A stretch of DNA of 37,801 bases from Solirubrobacteraceae bacterium (GTDB lineage: Bacteria; Actinomycetota; Thermoleophilia; Solirubrobacterales; Solirubrobacteraceae): contig DASZNB010000139.1 of assembly GCA_035551395.1 (NCBI GenBank), positions 1 through 37,801 on the forward strand. Direction: 5' to 3'. The notes beneath the pieces were generated by a model, which was not told where the DNA came from, ran no database searches, and saw only the letters and a list, made by a program, of their open reading frames with translations. Numbering within the stretch: the first letter of the stretch is position 1; every line of letters starts with the position of its first letter. Below are positions 1 to 8,674 of this stretch, piece after piece. The position numbers and the translations under genes are program-made.

Positions 1-48
1 CGCGGACTCGAACAGGGCGCGGGCATACACCTGAGCGAGCTCCTCCAT
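1..48 (-). CDS. atpH: ATP synthase F1 subunit delta, N-terminal fragment (runs off the window)
   Basis: My translation of the minus strand from ATG at 48 gives MEELAQVYARALFESA, matching the delta-subunit 'A..YA.ALF' start. The ATG overlaps the atpF stop (TGATG) and the position in the operon is canonical. Confidence 0.85.
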   Translation of the reverse strand, partial: MEELAQVYARALFESA

Positions 49-626
49 CAGTTCTGCGGCGCGCCCGCCGCGAGCCCGGAGAAGTCCAGCTCGCTGAGCG
101 CCTCCTCGACCAGGCGGCGCTGGTCGCTGTCGGAGAGTGTCTTGCGGGTGACCTTCTCGGTCGCCATGATCGTCAGGTCGGCGACCTCCCGGCGGATGTC
201 CTCGAGCGCGCGCCTGGTGGCCGTCTCGATGTCGCGCTCCGCGCGTTTGGCGGCCTCGGCGAGCATCTCCTGACCGCGGTCTTTGGCCTCGTGCTCGTGC
301 GCCTCGGCAGCGTGTCGCGCGCGCTGGACTATCTCGTCTGCCTGCGCCCTGGCCTCCTTCAGGCGCTCGCGGTATTCGGCGAGGATCTGCTCGGCTTCCG
401 CGCGCGTGCGCTCGGCCGTGTCGATCGATTCCTCGATCGCTTGCTGACGCCGGCCGAGGGCCTCGCTGATACGGGGGAAGGCCAGCCGCGAGAGCAGGAA
501 CATGGTCGCCGCGAAGACGAGCAGCGTCCAGACCATCAACCCGATGCCGGGTTCGATCAGGAAGCCGCCGCTGGAGGCGATCACGCCGGCGCCCGAGGGG
601 ATCACTTGTGCGATCGAGCCGAGCAT
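48..626 (-). CDS. atpF: ATP synthase F0 subunit b
   Basis: One N-terminal TM helix (LMVWTLLVFAATMFLL..LAFP) followed by a long charged coiled coil. Lies between atpE and atpH. Confidence 0.95.
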   Translation of the reverse strand: MLGSIAQVIPSGAGVIASSGGFLIEPGIGLMVWTLLVFAATMFLLSRLAFPRISEALGRRQQAIEESIDTAERTRAEAEQILAEYRERLKEARAQADEIVQRARHAAEAHEHEAKDRGQEMLAEAAKRAERDIETATRRALEDIRREVADLTIMATEKVTRKTLSDSDQRRLVEEALSELDFSGLAAGAPQN

Positions 627-630
627 GGCC

Positions 631-903
631 TCAGACGATGAACGCGGCGAGCAGTCCGGCCACGAGCCCGTAGAAGAAGCAGGCCTCGGTCAGGGCGAAG
701 CCCAGCCACTGCAGCTGGGTGATCTCGTCGCGCATCTCGGGCTGACGGGTGATCGCCTCGATCGCCTTGCCGAAGATGATGCCGATGCCGACACCGGCGC
801 CCACGGCGCCGAGGCCACCGCCGACGCCGAGGCCAATCGACTTTCCGGCCTTGGCGGTTTCTTCGGTGGCTGCCGCCAGGAGGGTGATGAAAGCAATGTG
901 CAC
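631..903 (-). CDS. atpE: ATP synthase F0 subunit c
   Basis: C-terminal 90 aa of the listed 631..1911 ORF, with GxGxGxG helix, RQPE loop and FALTEA essential Glu. GTG start at 903 is preceded by SD AAGGAG. Confidence 0.95.
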   Translation of the reverse strand: MHIAFITLLAAATEETAKAGKSIGLGVGGGLGAVGAGVGIGIIFGKAIEAITRQPEMRDEITQLQWLGFALTEACFFYGLVAGLLAAFIV

Positions 904-917
904 GACGATTGGCTCCT

Positions 918-1862
918 TTAGTGGTCCGTGGCGACTGCGCCGCCGAGGTAGATAGCTGTGAGGGTGGCAAAGATGAACGCCTGCAGGGCGGCCACCAGGC
1001 CGATCTCGAACGCGTAAAGCAAGATGCCGAACGGGATCGTGAACCAGGCCAGCGCCGAGACGCCGAGGATCACGGCGAGCGCGCCCGCCATGAACAGGAT
1101 GATCAGGTGGCCGGCGAGGATGTTCGCGAAAAGGCGAATCGACAGCGACATCAGCCGCATGACGTTGGAGAGAACCTCGAGGAAGAAGATGAACACGGCC
1201 ATGAACCCTGTGACGCCGCCCGGCACGAGCCCTTTGAGGTAGCCGACCGGGCCCTTCGCGCGGACCCCTTCGACGGTGTATGACACGAACACGACGAGGG
1301 CGAGCACGAGCGGAATCGAGAGGTTCGCCGTCGCGGCGTACAGCGAGAAGGACGGGATATGCAGGCCGAGCACGGTGATCTCGTGCTCGGTGTTCGTCGG
1401 CAGCGGGATGTAGCCGACGAGGTTGGAGAACATGATGAACAGGAACAGCGTGCCGATGAACGGGAACCAGCGCTTGGCCATCTTCTCGTCGAGGTTGCCC
1501 GCGGTGATGTTCTCGCGCATCAGCTGGTAGAGCGACTCGACGGCGGTCTGGACCTTGTTGGGCCGCGCCTGCATGCGCCCGGCGATGTAGATCATGCTCG
1601 CGCACGTCGCGAGCGCGGCGAGGAGGAGGTACAGCACGGCCTTGTTGATCGAGAAGACGCCGAGCTGCACCCAGTTGTCGAGTTTGAACTCGTTCTGCGG
1701 CTGGTAGACGTTGTTGCGCCCGCCGCTGCCGAAGATCAGGTACAGGGCGACGATACCGGCGAGCCAGACGGCGCCGAGGATCAGCAGCGTGCGTTTGGTC
1801 TTCGACGCACGCGCCTGTCCGCTGCCGCTCGGCTGCGATGCATGGGCGGCGGCAGCGCTCAT
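918..1862 (-). CDS. atpB: ATP synthase F0 subunit a
   Basis: Motifs SLSIRLFANILAGH (essential Arg), LQAFIFATLTAIYL and TANLS. Multiple TM helices. Confidence 0.96.
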   Translation of the reverse strand: MSAAAAHASQPSGSGQARASKTKRTLLILGAVWLAGIVALYLIFGSGGRNNVYQPQNEFKLDNWVQLGVFSINKAVLYLLLAALATCASMIYIAGRMQARPNKVQTAVESLYQLMRENITAGNLDEKMAKRWFPFIGTLFLFIMFSNLVGYIPLPTNTEHEITVLGLHIPSFSLYAATANLSIPLVLALVVFVSYTVEGVRAKGPVGYLKGLVPGGVTGFMAVFIFFLEVLSNVMRLMSLSIRLFANILAGHLIILFMAGALAVILGVSALAWFTIPFGILLYAFEIGLVAALQAFIFATLTAIYLGGAVATDH

Positions 1863-2248
1863 GAGGTGCTGGGCCTGCCATGTGTCCGCGGACCGCCCGA
1901 GAGCGGGCCATCGCGGGTGATGAAGGTCATCGCGAGGTAGACGGTGAAGGCCGCCAGCAGCAGCGCAGCCGCCATGATGCCGTCATCCTTGCTGCCGAGG
2001 TAACGGGCGAGGATGATCGCCAGCGCGACGAGCCAGACGCGACCGAGCAGGGCCGAGACCATCAGGCCCGCGCGGACCTTGGCGTCGCCGGCGCGGCGCG
2101 CCTGGGCGTGCAGGAAGGCGGTGCCGGCACGGGTCAGCACCCAGGCGGCGGCGCCGATCGCATATCCGAGTCCGGGCATGCCGCCGATCAGCACAAACGG
2201 CGCCGTCGCGAGCACCAGGCACACGTCGAGATAGCGGAACAGTGTCAC
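1859..2248 (-). CDS. AtpI-like 4-TM membrane protein
   Basis: Hydrophobic 129-aa ORF from GTG 2248 (MTLFRYLDVCLVL...). Its stop overlaps the atpB start (ATGA) and it is the first gene of the atp operon. Confidence 0.7.
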   Translation of the reverse strand: MTLFRYLDVCLVLATAPFVLIGGMPGLGYAIGAAAWVLTRAGTAFLHAQARRAGDAKVRAGLMVSALLGRVWLVALAIILARYLGSKDDGIMAAALLLAAFTVYLAMTFITRDGPLSGGPRTHGRPSTS

Positions 2249-2558
2249 GTCAGCTTCGGGATCCGGGGGGCTGGCCGTGGCCCGTCGTCCACCGGCGCCG
2301 GCGTCGCATCGTCTGCTCGGCAAAGCCACAGCGACGCCGCGTCGCGCACTTCGGCCCGAGTCCCCGAGCTCGCCGCAGGGCCGCTAGCTCGATGCGCCAT
2401 CCGCGCCCGCTGCGCCTGCCCACCGGCCGTGCCAGCGGGCACCGTGGCGGCGTCGCCGGGCGGGCTCGCTCAGCGGGTTCGCGCCGCTCTCCTGAGCCGG
2501 AGTCGGGCAGGCAGCTGAGATCCTCGTTGGCATCGAAATCTGGCATGTGCGTAGCGCC

Positions 2559-2564
2559 ACCCTA
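2559..2564 (-). promoter_or_regulatory. Putative -10 element (TAGGGT) for the atp operon
   Basis: TANNNT hexamer in the gap upstream of the atpI-like gene, in the same style as other promoters in the window. Confidence 0.4.
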
Positions 2565-2640
2565 CAGACGAGAAAGCCCCCGCGCTGTGCTGGGGCGAAG
2601 CCGTCGGAGTGTCCCTCAACCCTCTGCAGCGGCGGCGGCG

Positions 2641-3507
2641 CTAGTCTACCTGATCCGGGACTTCGTAACAACTTTGTGACATGAGGTACGCGGGATTTTC
2701 GGTTTTGCGATCACGTGTGCGCGCCCGCAGGATCGCCCGCCGGGGACCCGCCCGGCGACGGGCGGCGAGCTCGACGAGCGCCAGCGCCAGCGCCATCACG
2801 AGCGCGCCGGCGAGGATGTCGAGGACGAAATGATTGCCCGTCATCAGCACCGCCGCCGCGGTCAGGCACGGATACGCGAGCGCGATGCCGCGCACCCACG
2901 CGCGGCGGGAGAGCCTCCACAGGGCGACCGTGCACCACAGCGCCCAGGCGATGTGAAGCGAGGGCATCGCGGCGAGCTCATTGGCCTGCGAGGCGAGGGC
3001 GCCGCTGTGCCATGAGCCGATCGCGTGCGTCGAGGCGACGACGTCGGTGAAGCCCGCGAGCATTCGCGGCGGGGCCACTGGATACAGCCAGAAGACGAGG
3101 AACGCCAGCACGTTGACGAGCACGAGCGAGTTGCGCAGCGGCCGGTACAGGTCCGCGCGGCGCCACCACAGCCAGCCGAGCAGCGAGAGCGTCACGACGA
3201 AGTGCGCGTTGTCGTAGTAGTCGGAGATCGCCAGCCCCAGGGTGTGATGCCCGGCCAACCAGCGATCGAGCGCGCGCTCGGGATCGATGTGCAACGTGCG
3301 CTCGAGCCCGAGCACGTCGCCCGCGTGGGCGAGCGCAGCGTGCAGGCGCAGCGGCGCCAGGTTCGTGATCGCGTCGTAGACCCACAGCAGCCAGCCGATC
3401 GTGAGCACCTCGACCCACCAGCGCGAGCGCCTCTGGACGGGCGCTGCGACGCCCGCCGCCGGCAGCCCGCTCGAGCCGCGCCGCTCGATCGAAATCGCCG
3501 TGCTCAA
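2641..3507 (-). CDS. PAP2-superfamily membrane enzyme (Aur1/inositol phosphorylceramide synthase-like, PAP2_3)
   Basis: Motifs YPVAPPRM, AAMPSLHIAW and TGNHFVLDILAG (catalytic His/Asp). About 6 TM helices. Confidence 0.85.
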   Translation of the reverse strand: MSTAISIERRGSSGLPAAGVAAPVQRRSRWWVEVLTIGWLLWVYDAITNLAPLRLHAALAHAGDVLGLERTLHIDPERALDRWLAGHHTLGLAISDYYDNAHFVVTLSLLGWLWWRRADLYRPLRNSLVLVNVLAFLVFWLYPVAPPRMLAGFTDVVASTHAIGSWHSGALASQANELAAMPSLHIAWALWCTVALWRLSRRAWVRGIALAYPCLTAAAVLMTGNHFVLDILAGALVMALALALVELAARRRAGPRRAILRARTRDRKTENPAYLMSQSCYEVPDQVD

Positions 3508-3593
3508 GCGGTTGATCTTAGCCGCAGCCCCAGACCGCTGGGGGCTCCGACGCCGCGGCGCTCAGAGCGCTGCAGGCTCCCGCGCGGGCGCGC

Positions 3594-4313
3594 TCAGGGC
3601 ATCGTGGCCGCGAGCCCGCGCTGGGCCAGCGTGTCCAGCACGCGCGGAAGCGCCGCGGCGGTGGCCCGCCAGGAGCCCGGCGCGGAGTAGTCGTCGGCGT
3701 CGTGCAGCAGCAGCACCGATCCCTCCCCGACGCCGTCGGTGACGCGGGCGGCGATCGAGTCCGCGCTCGCGCGTGCCTCCCAGTCGCGGCCCCAGTGACT
3801 CCACAGCAGCGTGCGCCAGCCACGCCGGCGCACGAGGCCGAGGGCGGCGGCGTTGAGGATGCCGTAAGGCGGGCGGTAGAGCACCGGAGAGACACCGGTG
3901 GCGGTCTCGATCGCGTCGTGCGCGCGGCAGATGTCCTCGCGCACCTGCCCCGGGGCGAGGCGCAGCAGGTTGCGATGACGGTGGCAGTGCAGGCCGATAC
4001 CGTGGCCGCCGTCCGCCAGCGCCCGCGCCAGGCCGGGGTCGCGCAGCACCTGCTCGCCGACGAGGAAGAAGGTCGCGCTCACGCCACGCTGCGCGAGGAC
4101 GTCGAGGACCGCCGGGGTGCCCTCGGCGTGGGGTCCGTCGTCGAACGTCAGCGCGAAGCCACGCCCGCTCGCCGTGCGATCCTCCACCCCCAGCGGCCCA
4201 CGCAGCGCGGGCCACGCCCCAGCCAGCGCGGGGAGCATGTAGCCGAGCACGCCGGCGCCCGCGAGCACCCCCGCGATGGGACCAGCCGGAATGCGATGAT
4301 CGTGGGCGGACAT
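3594..4313 (-). CDS. Polysaccharide deacetylase (NodB/CE4)
   Basis: All CE4 motifs are present: LTFDDGP, HCHRH, RPPYG, DW and LLHD. N-terminal hydrophobic segment. Confidence 0.93.
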   Translation of the reverse strand: MSAHDHRIPAGPIAGVLAGAGVLGYMLPALAGAWPALRGPLGVEDRTASGRGFALTFDDGPHAEGTPAVLDVLAQRGVSATFFLVGEQVLRDPGLARALADGGHGIGLHCHRHRNLLRLAPGQVREDICRAHDAIETATGVSPVLYRPPYGILNAAALGLVRRRGWRTLLWSHWGRDWEARASADSIAARVTDGVGEGSVLLLHDADDYSAPGSWRATAAALPRVLDTLAQRGLAATMP

Positions 4314-5307
4314 GGTCGATCTTGTGCTGGGAATTGCCGCGGCGGTGGGAGCTTCGACGCTCTACAGCCTAGGGATCGCCCTGCAGGCGATGGACGCCAA
4401 GCAGGCGCCCCACGAGGAGCATCTGCGCCTCGCGCTCGCCTGGGGGCTCGTGCAGCGCGCGCGCTGGCTGCTCGGCACGGGGCTCTCGATCCTCGGCTGG
4501 CCGCTGCAGGTCGTGGCGCTGCTGCTCGCTCCGCTGGTCGTCGTGCAGCCCGCCCTGGCGGCCGGCCTGCTCGTCCTGATGTTCCTCGCCGAGCGGATGC
4601 TCGGGGAGCACGCGGGGCGCTACGAGTACTACGCAATGGGCGCGATCGTCCTCGGCGTCATCGGTGCGGGCGTGTTCGCTCCGCCACGCTCGACCACGCA
4701 CACCTCCGAGGAGCTGACGATCACGCTCGTGCTCGTTGGCCTCGGCCTGGCCAGCCTCGTGCCCTACCTGCTGCGCCTGCTCGGCCACTCACGCGCCGAG
4801 GTGACGATGATCGGGGCCGGCCTCGCGTTCGGGTGGAGCGGCGTGGCGACGAAGCTCGCCTCCGATGATCTCGCCAGCCACCACCTGCTCCCGGCGGCTC
4901 TGTGGGCGCTGTCGACCGCGGCCGCCTCGGGGGTCGGCGTGCTCAGCGAGATGAGCGCCCTGCAAGCGCGTCCGGCGATCCAGGTCGCGCCCGTCGTGTT
5001 CGTCACTCAGACGGTGGTGCCCGTGGTGCTCGCCCCGCTGCTGCTCGGCGAGCGCTTCGGCGCGACCCCCCTCGCCGGGGTGCCGCTCGCGGCATCGCTC
5101 TTGATGCTCGTGACGGGCGCCGCCCTGCTCGCCCGCTCGCCGCTGCTGCTGGCGCTGATGGAAGGCGAGCGTATGAGCCAGTCGAGCGGCGCCGTGCCGA
5201 GCCGGTCCGAGCCCAGCCAGGAGACGATGCGCTCGAGCCCGAGCAGCGACGCGGAGGAGCCGTCGAGCTCGACGACGAGGACGTCGCCGGCGCGCATCGT
5301 GCGCTGA
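4312..5307 (+). CDS. Multi-pass DMT-superfamily-like membrane protein
   Basis: About 9-10 TM helices with the pattern 'ALQA..A..P....L...L...RW..G.....GW.LQ.VAL..APL.VVQP' typical of actinobacterial DMT-like proteins. The tail overlaps the convergent GT gene. Confidence 0.75.
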   Translation: MVDLVLGIAAAVGASTLYSLGIALQAMDAKQAPHEEHLRLALAWGLVQRARWLLGTGLSILGWPLQVVALLLAPLVVVQPALAAGLLVLMFLAERMLGEHAGRYEYYAMGAIVLGVIGAGVFAPPRSTTHTSEELTITLVLVGLGLASLVPYLLRLLGHSRAEVTMIGAGLAFGWSGVATKLASDDLASHHLLPAALWALSTAAASGVGVLSEMSALQARPAIQVAPVVFVTQTVVPVVLAPLLLGERFGATPLAGVPLAASLLMLVTGAALLARSPLLLALMEGERMSQSSGAVPSRSEPSQETMRSSPSSDAEEPSSSTTRTSPARIVR

Positions 5308-6983
5308 GGCAGCGGCCCGGTCGCGCTCACGCGCAGCCTGCCGCTGACCGGCGTGGCGCCGGCCGTTCGCGCGAGCACGAGCTGCCCGACGGACAGGCCG
5401 CCGGGCGGCTGCATGTAATAGAAGTGGCGGCGCAGCCCGAGCGCGCGCGCCTGCGAGCGCAGCACGCTGCGGGTTCGCTCCCAGCGCAGCAGCGCCGATC
5501 CGGGCACTTCCGGCAGGAGCTGGTCGCCGAGCGCGCGCACGGCGAGGATGCGTTCGCGCGATGGGACGCCCGCGTCGTCGGCGAAGGAGACGTGGATCCC
5601 CCGCGCGCCGAGCTGCGAGGCGATCAGGCCGATGTCCGCGGAGGGCGCCCGCACGATCACCGCGACGGCACGCCGGCTGGTGTTCACGTGCACGAGCGGA
5701 TGGACGTGCAGGAGCTTCGCGGCCACGGCGGTGACCTCGTCGGTGGACATCATCCAAGAGCCGGCCCCGAACAGCAGCGCCACCCACGTCGCCAACGCGG
5801 CCACGCGCAGCTGCCACAGCGGGATCGGGCGCACGCGCGCGGGGGCGCCGAGCACCGCGTCGGCCGCCGCCGGCCCATTCGGGCGCGGCCCCGCCCACAC
5901 CGGTTCCTCGCGAGCCGGGCCCTCCGAGAGGAAGCTCGCACGGACATGCTCGCGCAGCTCGTCGGTGTCCTTGGCAAGGCGCAGCAGGTCGAGCGCGGCC
6001 ATCGCGCGGGTGTTCAGGCGCGCGTGGCCGACCGGCAGCCCGTAGGAGACGACCGGCGTGCCCGCAGCCTTGGCCTCCAGGCAGGTGACGCCGCCGGTCG
6101 AGTGCACGAGCACGTCGGCGGCGGCGAGCAGGTCGGGCATCTTGTCGGTGAAGCCGTACACGTGCACGCGCGGTTCGCCGGCGAAGGTCGCGCGCAGCTT
6201 CTCGGCGAGCTGATCGTTGCGACCCGCCAGGCAGACGATGCTCGACACCTCGGGCACCTGGGTGAACTCGCGCACGGCGCCGGCGATGTCTCCCACACCC
6301 CAACCGCCGCCGGAGACCACGACCATCCGCCCGAGCTCCGCCAGGCCGAGCGCGCGCCGCGCCTCGATCGGGCAGCGCGGCTCCAGGAACTCGGCCGAGA
6401 TCAGCGGACGCACGAGCTGCACGCTCCCGCGCCCAGCGATCCGCTCGACCGAGCGCATCGACTCGCCATACATGACCAGGTGCGTGTCGATCCCCGGCTG
6501 GGCCCAGAAGAACAGCCCCGTGAGGTCGGTGATCGTCGCGACAGTGGGGCAGCGGACGACGCTCCTGCGCCGCAGGTGCGCGAGCACCACAGTCACCGCC
6601 GGGTAGGTCGAGACGATCACGTCGGGGTCGTGTTCGGTGATCGCCCGCGCCAGCGAGCGCGAGCCGAGCGTGCACAGCATGCGACGGACGAGCATGCGGA
6701 TCGGAAGCACGTGCTCGAGCAGCCAGTAGACGACGGTGTAGGTCCACGGGAAGAAGCGCAGCTGGACGCGGTAGCCGTCCTCGACCACCGGGCGCACCAG
6801 CGGCCCCATCGCGGCCAGCCCGTCGATGATCGTGACCTGAGCCGGCTCGGGAGCGTCCTCGATCTGCTGGGCGAGCGCGCGCGCGGCCGCCGCGTGACCC
6901 TCGCCGACGTCGGCCGACAGGATCAGGACGCGGCTGGGCCCGGAAGCCCGCGGCGAGATGCGTTTGCGGTGGCGACGTCGCAT
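5007..6983 (-). CDS. GT28/MGDG-synthase (UgtP)-like glycosyltransferase fused via a TM helix to a degenerate NodB-like domain
   Basis: Motifs [34 protein letters not shown] and [26 protein letters not shown]. Start taken as ATG 6983; the ORF is open to TTG 7115. Confidence 0.85.
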   Translation of the reverse strand: MRRRHRKRISPRASGPSRVLILSADVGEGHAAAARALAQQIEDAPEPAQVTIIDGLAAMGPLVRPVVEDGYRVQLRFFPWTYTVVYWLLEHVLPIRMLVRRMLCTLGSRSLARAITEHDPDVIVSTYPAVTVVLAHLRRRSVVRCPTVATITDLTGLFFWAQPGIDTHLVMYGESMRSVERIAGRGSVQLVRPLISAEFLEPRCPIEARRALGLAELGRMVVVSGGGWGVGDIAGAVREFTQVPEVSSIVCLAGRNDQLAEKLRATFAGEPRVHVYGFTDKMPDLLAAADVLVHSTGGVTCLEAKAAGTPVVSYGLPVGHARLNTRAMAALDLLRLAKDTDELREHVRASFLSEGPAREEPVWAGPRPNGPAAADAVLGAPARVRPIPLWQLRVAALATWVALLFGAGSWMMSTDEVTAVAAKLLHVHPLVHVNTSRRAVAVIVRAPSADIGLIASQLGARGIHVSFADDAGVPSRERILAVRALGDQLLPEVPGSALLRWERTRSVLRSQARALGLRRHFYYMQPPGGLSVGQLVLARTAGATPVSGRLRVSATGPLPQRTMRAGDVLVVELDGSSASLLGLERIVSWLGSDRLGTAPLDWLIRSPSISASSSGERASRAAPVTSIKSDAASGTPARGVAPKRSPSSSGASTTGTTV

Positions 6984-7114
6984 AAAGGAGGGAGGGGCCC
7001 CGCGGGGTCGTCCCGATGCAGCCTCACGCGCGTGGCGACGCGGCGCCGGTGGGCGTGGGTGCGCGATCAGGTTAGCGCTCACGCGGGACACTTGCAGCTG
7101 GGGCAGACGTAACA

Positions 7115-8674
7115 ATGAGCATCATCGAGGCCACGACTCCCATACCCCGCGCGCGCGTAGAAGGCACAGCGGCCGGGCGGCCCCGGGGAAAGCCGGCGGG
7201 GGTCCCGGCGACGACGATGCGCGCCCTCGGGGGCGTTGGCCTGGCCGGCGTGCTCGTGACGGTCTTTCTGCTCGACGCCGGCGCCGCCGCCGGCCCCTCG
7301 CAGTACGTGCCCAGCCGCGTCGGCGGCTGGCCCGCCTGGCTCGCGGGTCCTCTGGCGGGTCTCGGCGACGGGCTCGGCAGCAGCTCCTTTCAGCTGCTGA
7401 TGCTGATCATGTGCGGCTGCTACCTGCTCGTCCTCGTTACCGCGCGCTCGCTCCCGCCGCTCGCGCTGGGGGCCACGATCGTGCTCGCGCACGTCGTCCT
7501 CGTGCTGGGGCCGCCGCTGCTCTCCCAGGACGTCTTCGGCTACCTCGCCTTCGCGCGGATGGGCGCGCTGCACGGTCTCGACCCCTACACGCACGTCGCC
7601 GCCGAAGCTCCCACCGATGCGGTCTTCGCGTTCGTCGGCTGGCCCTTCGAGCACTCTCCCTACGGGCCGCTGTTCACGCTCGCCAGCTATCTCACGGCGC
7701 CGTTGGGGCTCGCCGGCGGGCTGTGGTTGCTCAAGGGCCTCGCCGCCGCCGCCAGCCTCGGCGCCATCGCGCTGAGCGCTCGCGCCGCCGCCCGCCTCGG
7801 CCGCTCGGCCGCCTCGGCGGCCGCGTTCGTCGGACTGAACCCCGTGCTGCTCGTGCTCGCCGTCGGCGGCGCGCACAACGACACCCTTTTGCTGCTCGCG
7901 CTGGCCGGCGCCCTTGCCCTGACCGCGGGTCCCAGCGCGCGTCCGCGCGCGGCCGCGGGCGCGCTCGTCGCGGGCATCGGCGTGAAGCTGAGCGCCGGGA
8001 TCGTCCTGCCGTTCCTCGTGCTCGGCTCCCCTGGCGAGCGCGCCCTCGACGGAGCGGACGAACAGGGCGCGAGCGAGCGGTCGCTGAGCAAGCGGAGAGT
8101 CGGCGAGCGGGCCGGCGTGATCATCGCCGCCGCCGCCAGCCTGCTCGCGCTGGGCCTCATCGGCGTGCTCGGGTTTGGCGTCCACGCGCTCGGCTTCCTC
8201 GGCGCGATCGGCGAGCAGCAGCAGCTCGTGGCGACGCACAGCATTCCCGCCGAGACCGCGCGCCTGGTCGGGCTCAGCGGCACGCCCGCGTGGTGGCGCC
8301 AGCTCTGGCTCGCGGGCTTCCTCGCCGCGCTCGCGGCCGCGCTGTGGCGAACCGCGCGCGGCGCCGACTGGCGCGTCAGCGCCGGCTGGGCGACGCTCGC
8401 GCTGCTGCTGTCGACCGCCTGGCTTCTGCCCTGGTATGCGATCTGGCTGCTTCCGCTAGCGGCCGTCAGCGGCGACCGGCGCCTGCGCGCCGCCACGCTC
8501 CTGTTCTGCGCCTACGCGATCCTGATCCACCTGGCGCTCGCCGACGGATTGCTGAGCCCCGGGCGCGATCGTCTCGTCACGCACCTTCACGTCGCCGTGC
8601 CCGGTCTGCGCCACCGCCTGGAACTCGCCGGTTTCGAGGTCCTTCGCAACGTGCACCTCGATCTCCGCTGGTGA
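7115..8674 (+). CDS. GT-C polyprenol-phosphosugar-dependent glycosyltransferase (MptA/MptB/GT87-like)
   Basis: Motifs [26 protein letters not shown]....[12 protein letters not shown] and LLPWYAIW. Many TM helices. Confidence 0.85.
   Translation: MSIIEATTPIPRARVEGTAAGRPRGKPAGVPATTMRALGGVGLAGVLVTVFLLDAGAAAGPSQYVPSRVGGWPAWLAGPLAGLGDGLGSSSFQLLMLIMCGCYLLVLVTARSLPPLALGATIVLAHVVLVLGPPLLSQDVFGYLAFARMGALHGLDPYTHVAAEAPTDAVFAFVGWPFEHSPYGPLFTLASYLTAPLGLAGGLWLLKGLAAAASLGAIALSARAAARLGRSAASAAAFVGLNPVLLVLAVGGAHNDTLLLLALAGALALTAGPSARPRAAAGALVAGIGVKLSAGIVLPFLVLGSPGERALDGADEQGASERSLSKRRVGERAGVIIAAAASLLALGLIGVLGFGVHALGFLGAIGEQQQLVATHSIPAETARLVGLSGTPAWWRQLWLAGFLAALAAALWRTARGADWRVSAGWATLALLLSTAWLLPWYAIWLLPLAAVSGDRRLRAATLLFCAYAILIHLALADGLLSPGRDRLVTHLHVAVPGLRHRLELAGFEVLRNVHLDLRW

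Noticed and set aside
631-903. Na+-translocating ATP synthase
   Set aside because: Subunit c has TEAC and lacks the Gln…Glu-Ser/Thr Na+-binding signature, so it is consistent with H+ coupling.
631-1911. 426-aa ORF suggesting a giant or fused subunit c
   Set aside because: Only the last 90 aa are AtpE, which has its own SD and GTG at 903. The rest is an off-frame overlap of atpB.
2661-2685. Rex (TTGTGAA-N4-TTCACAA) or CRP site upstream of atp
   Set aside because: Only one TTGTGA half-site is present and the required second half does not match. I kept it only as a possible GTNAC-repeat box.
6981-6998. Strong SD-like run AAAGGAGGGAGGGGG on the plus strand
   Set aside because: No start codon lies at a suitable distance. 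The nearest ATG (about 7016) opens only a short ORF with no other support.
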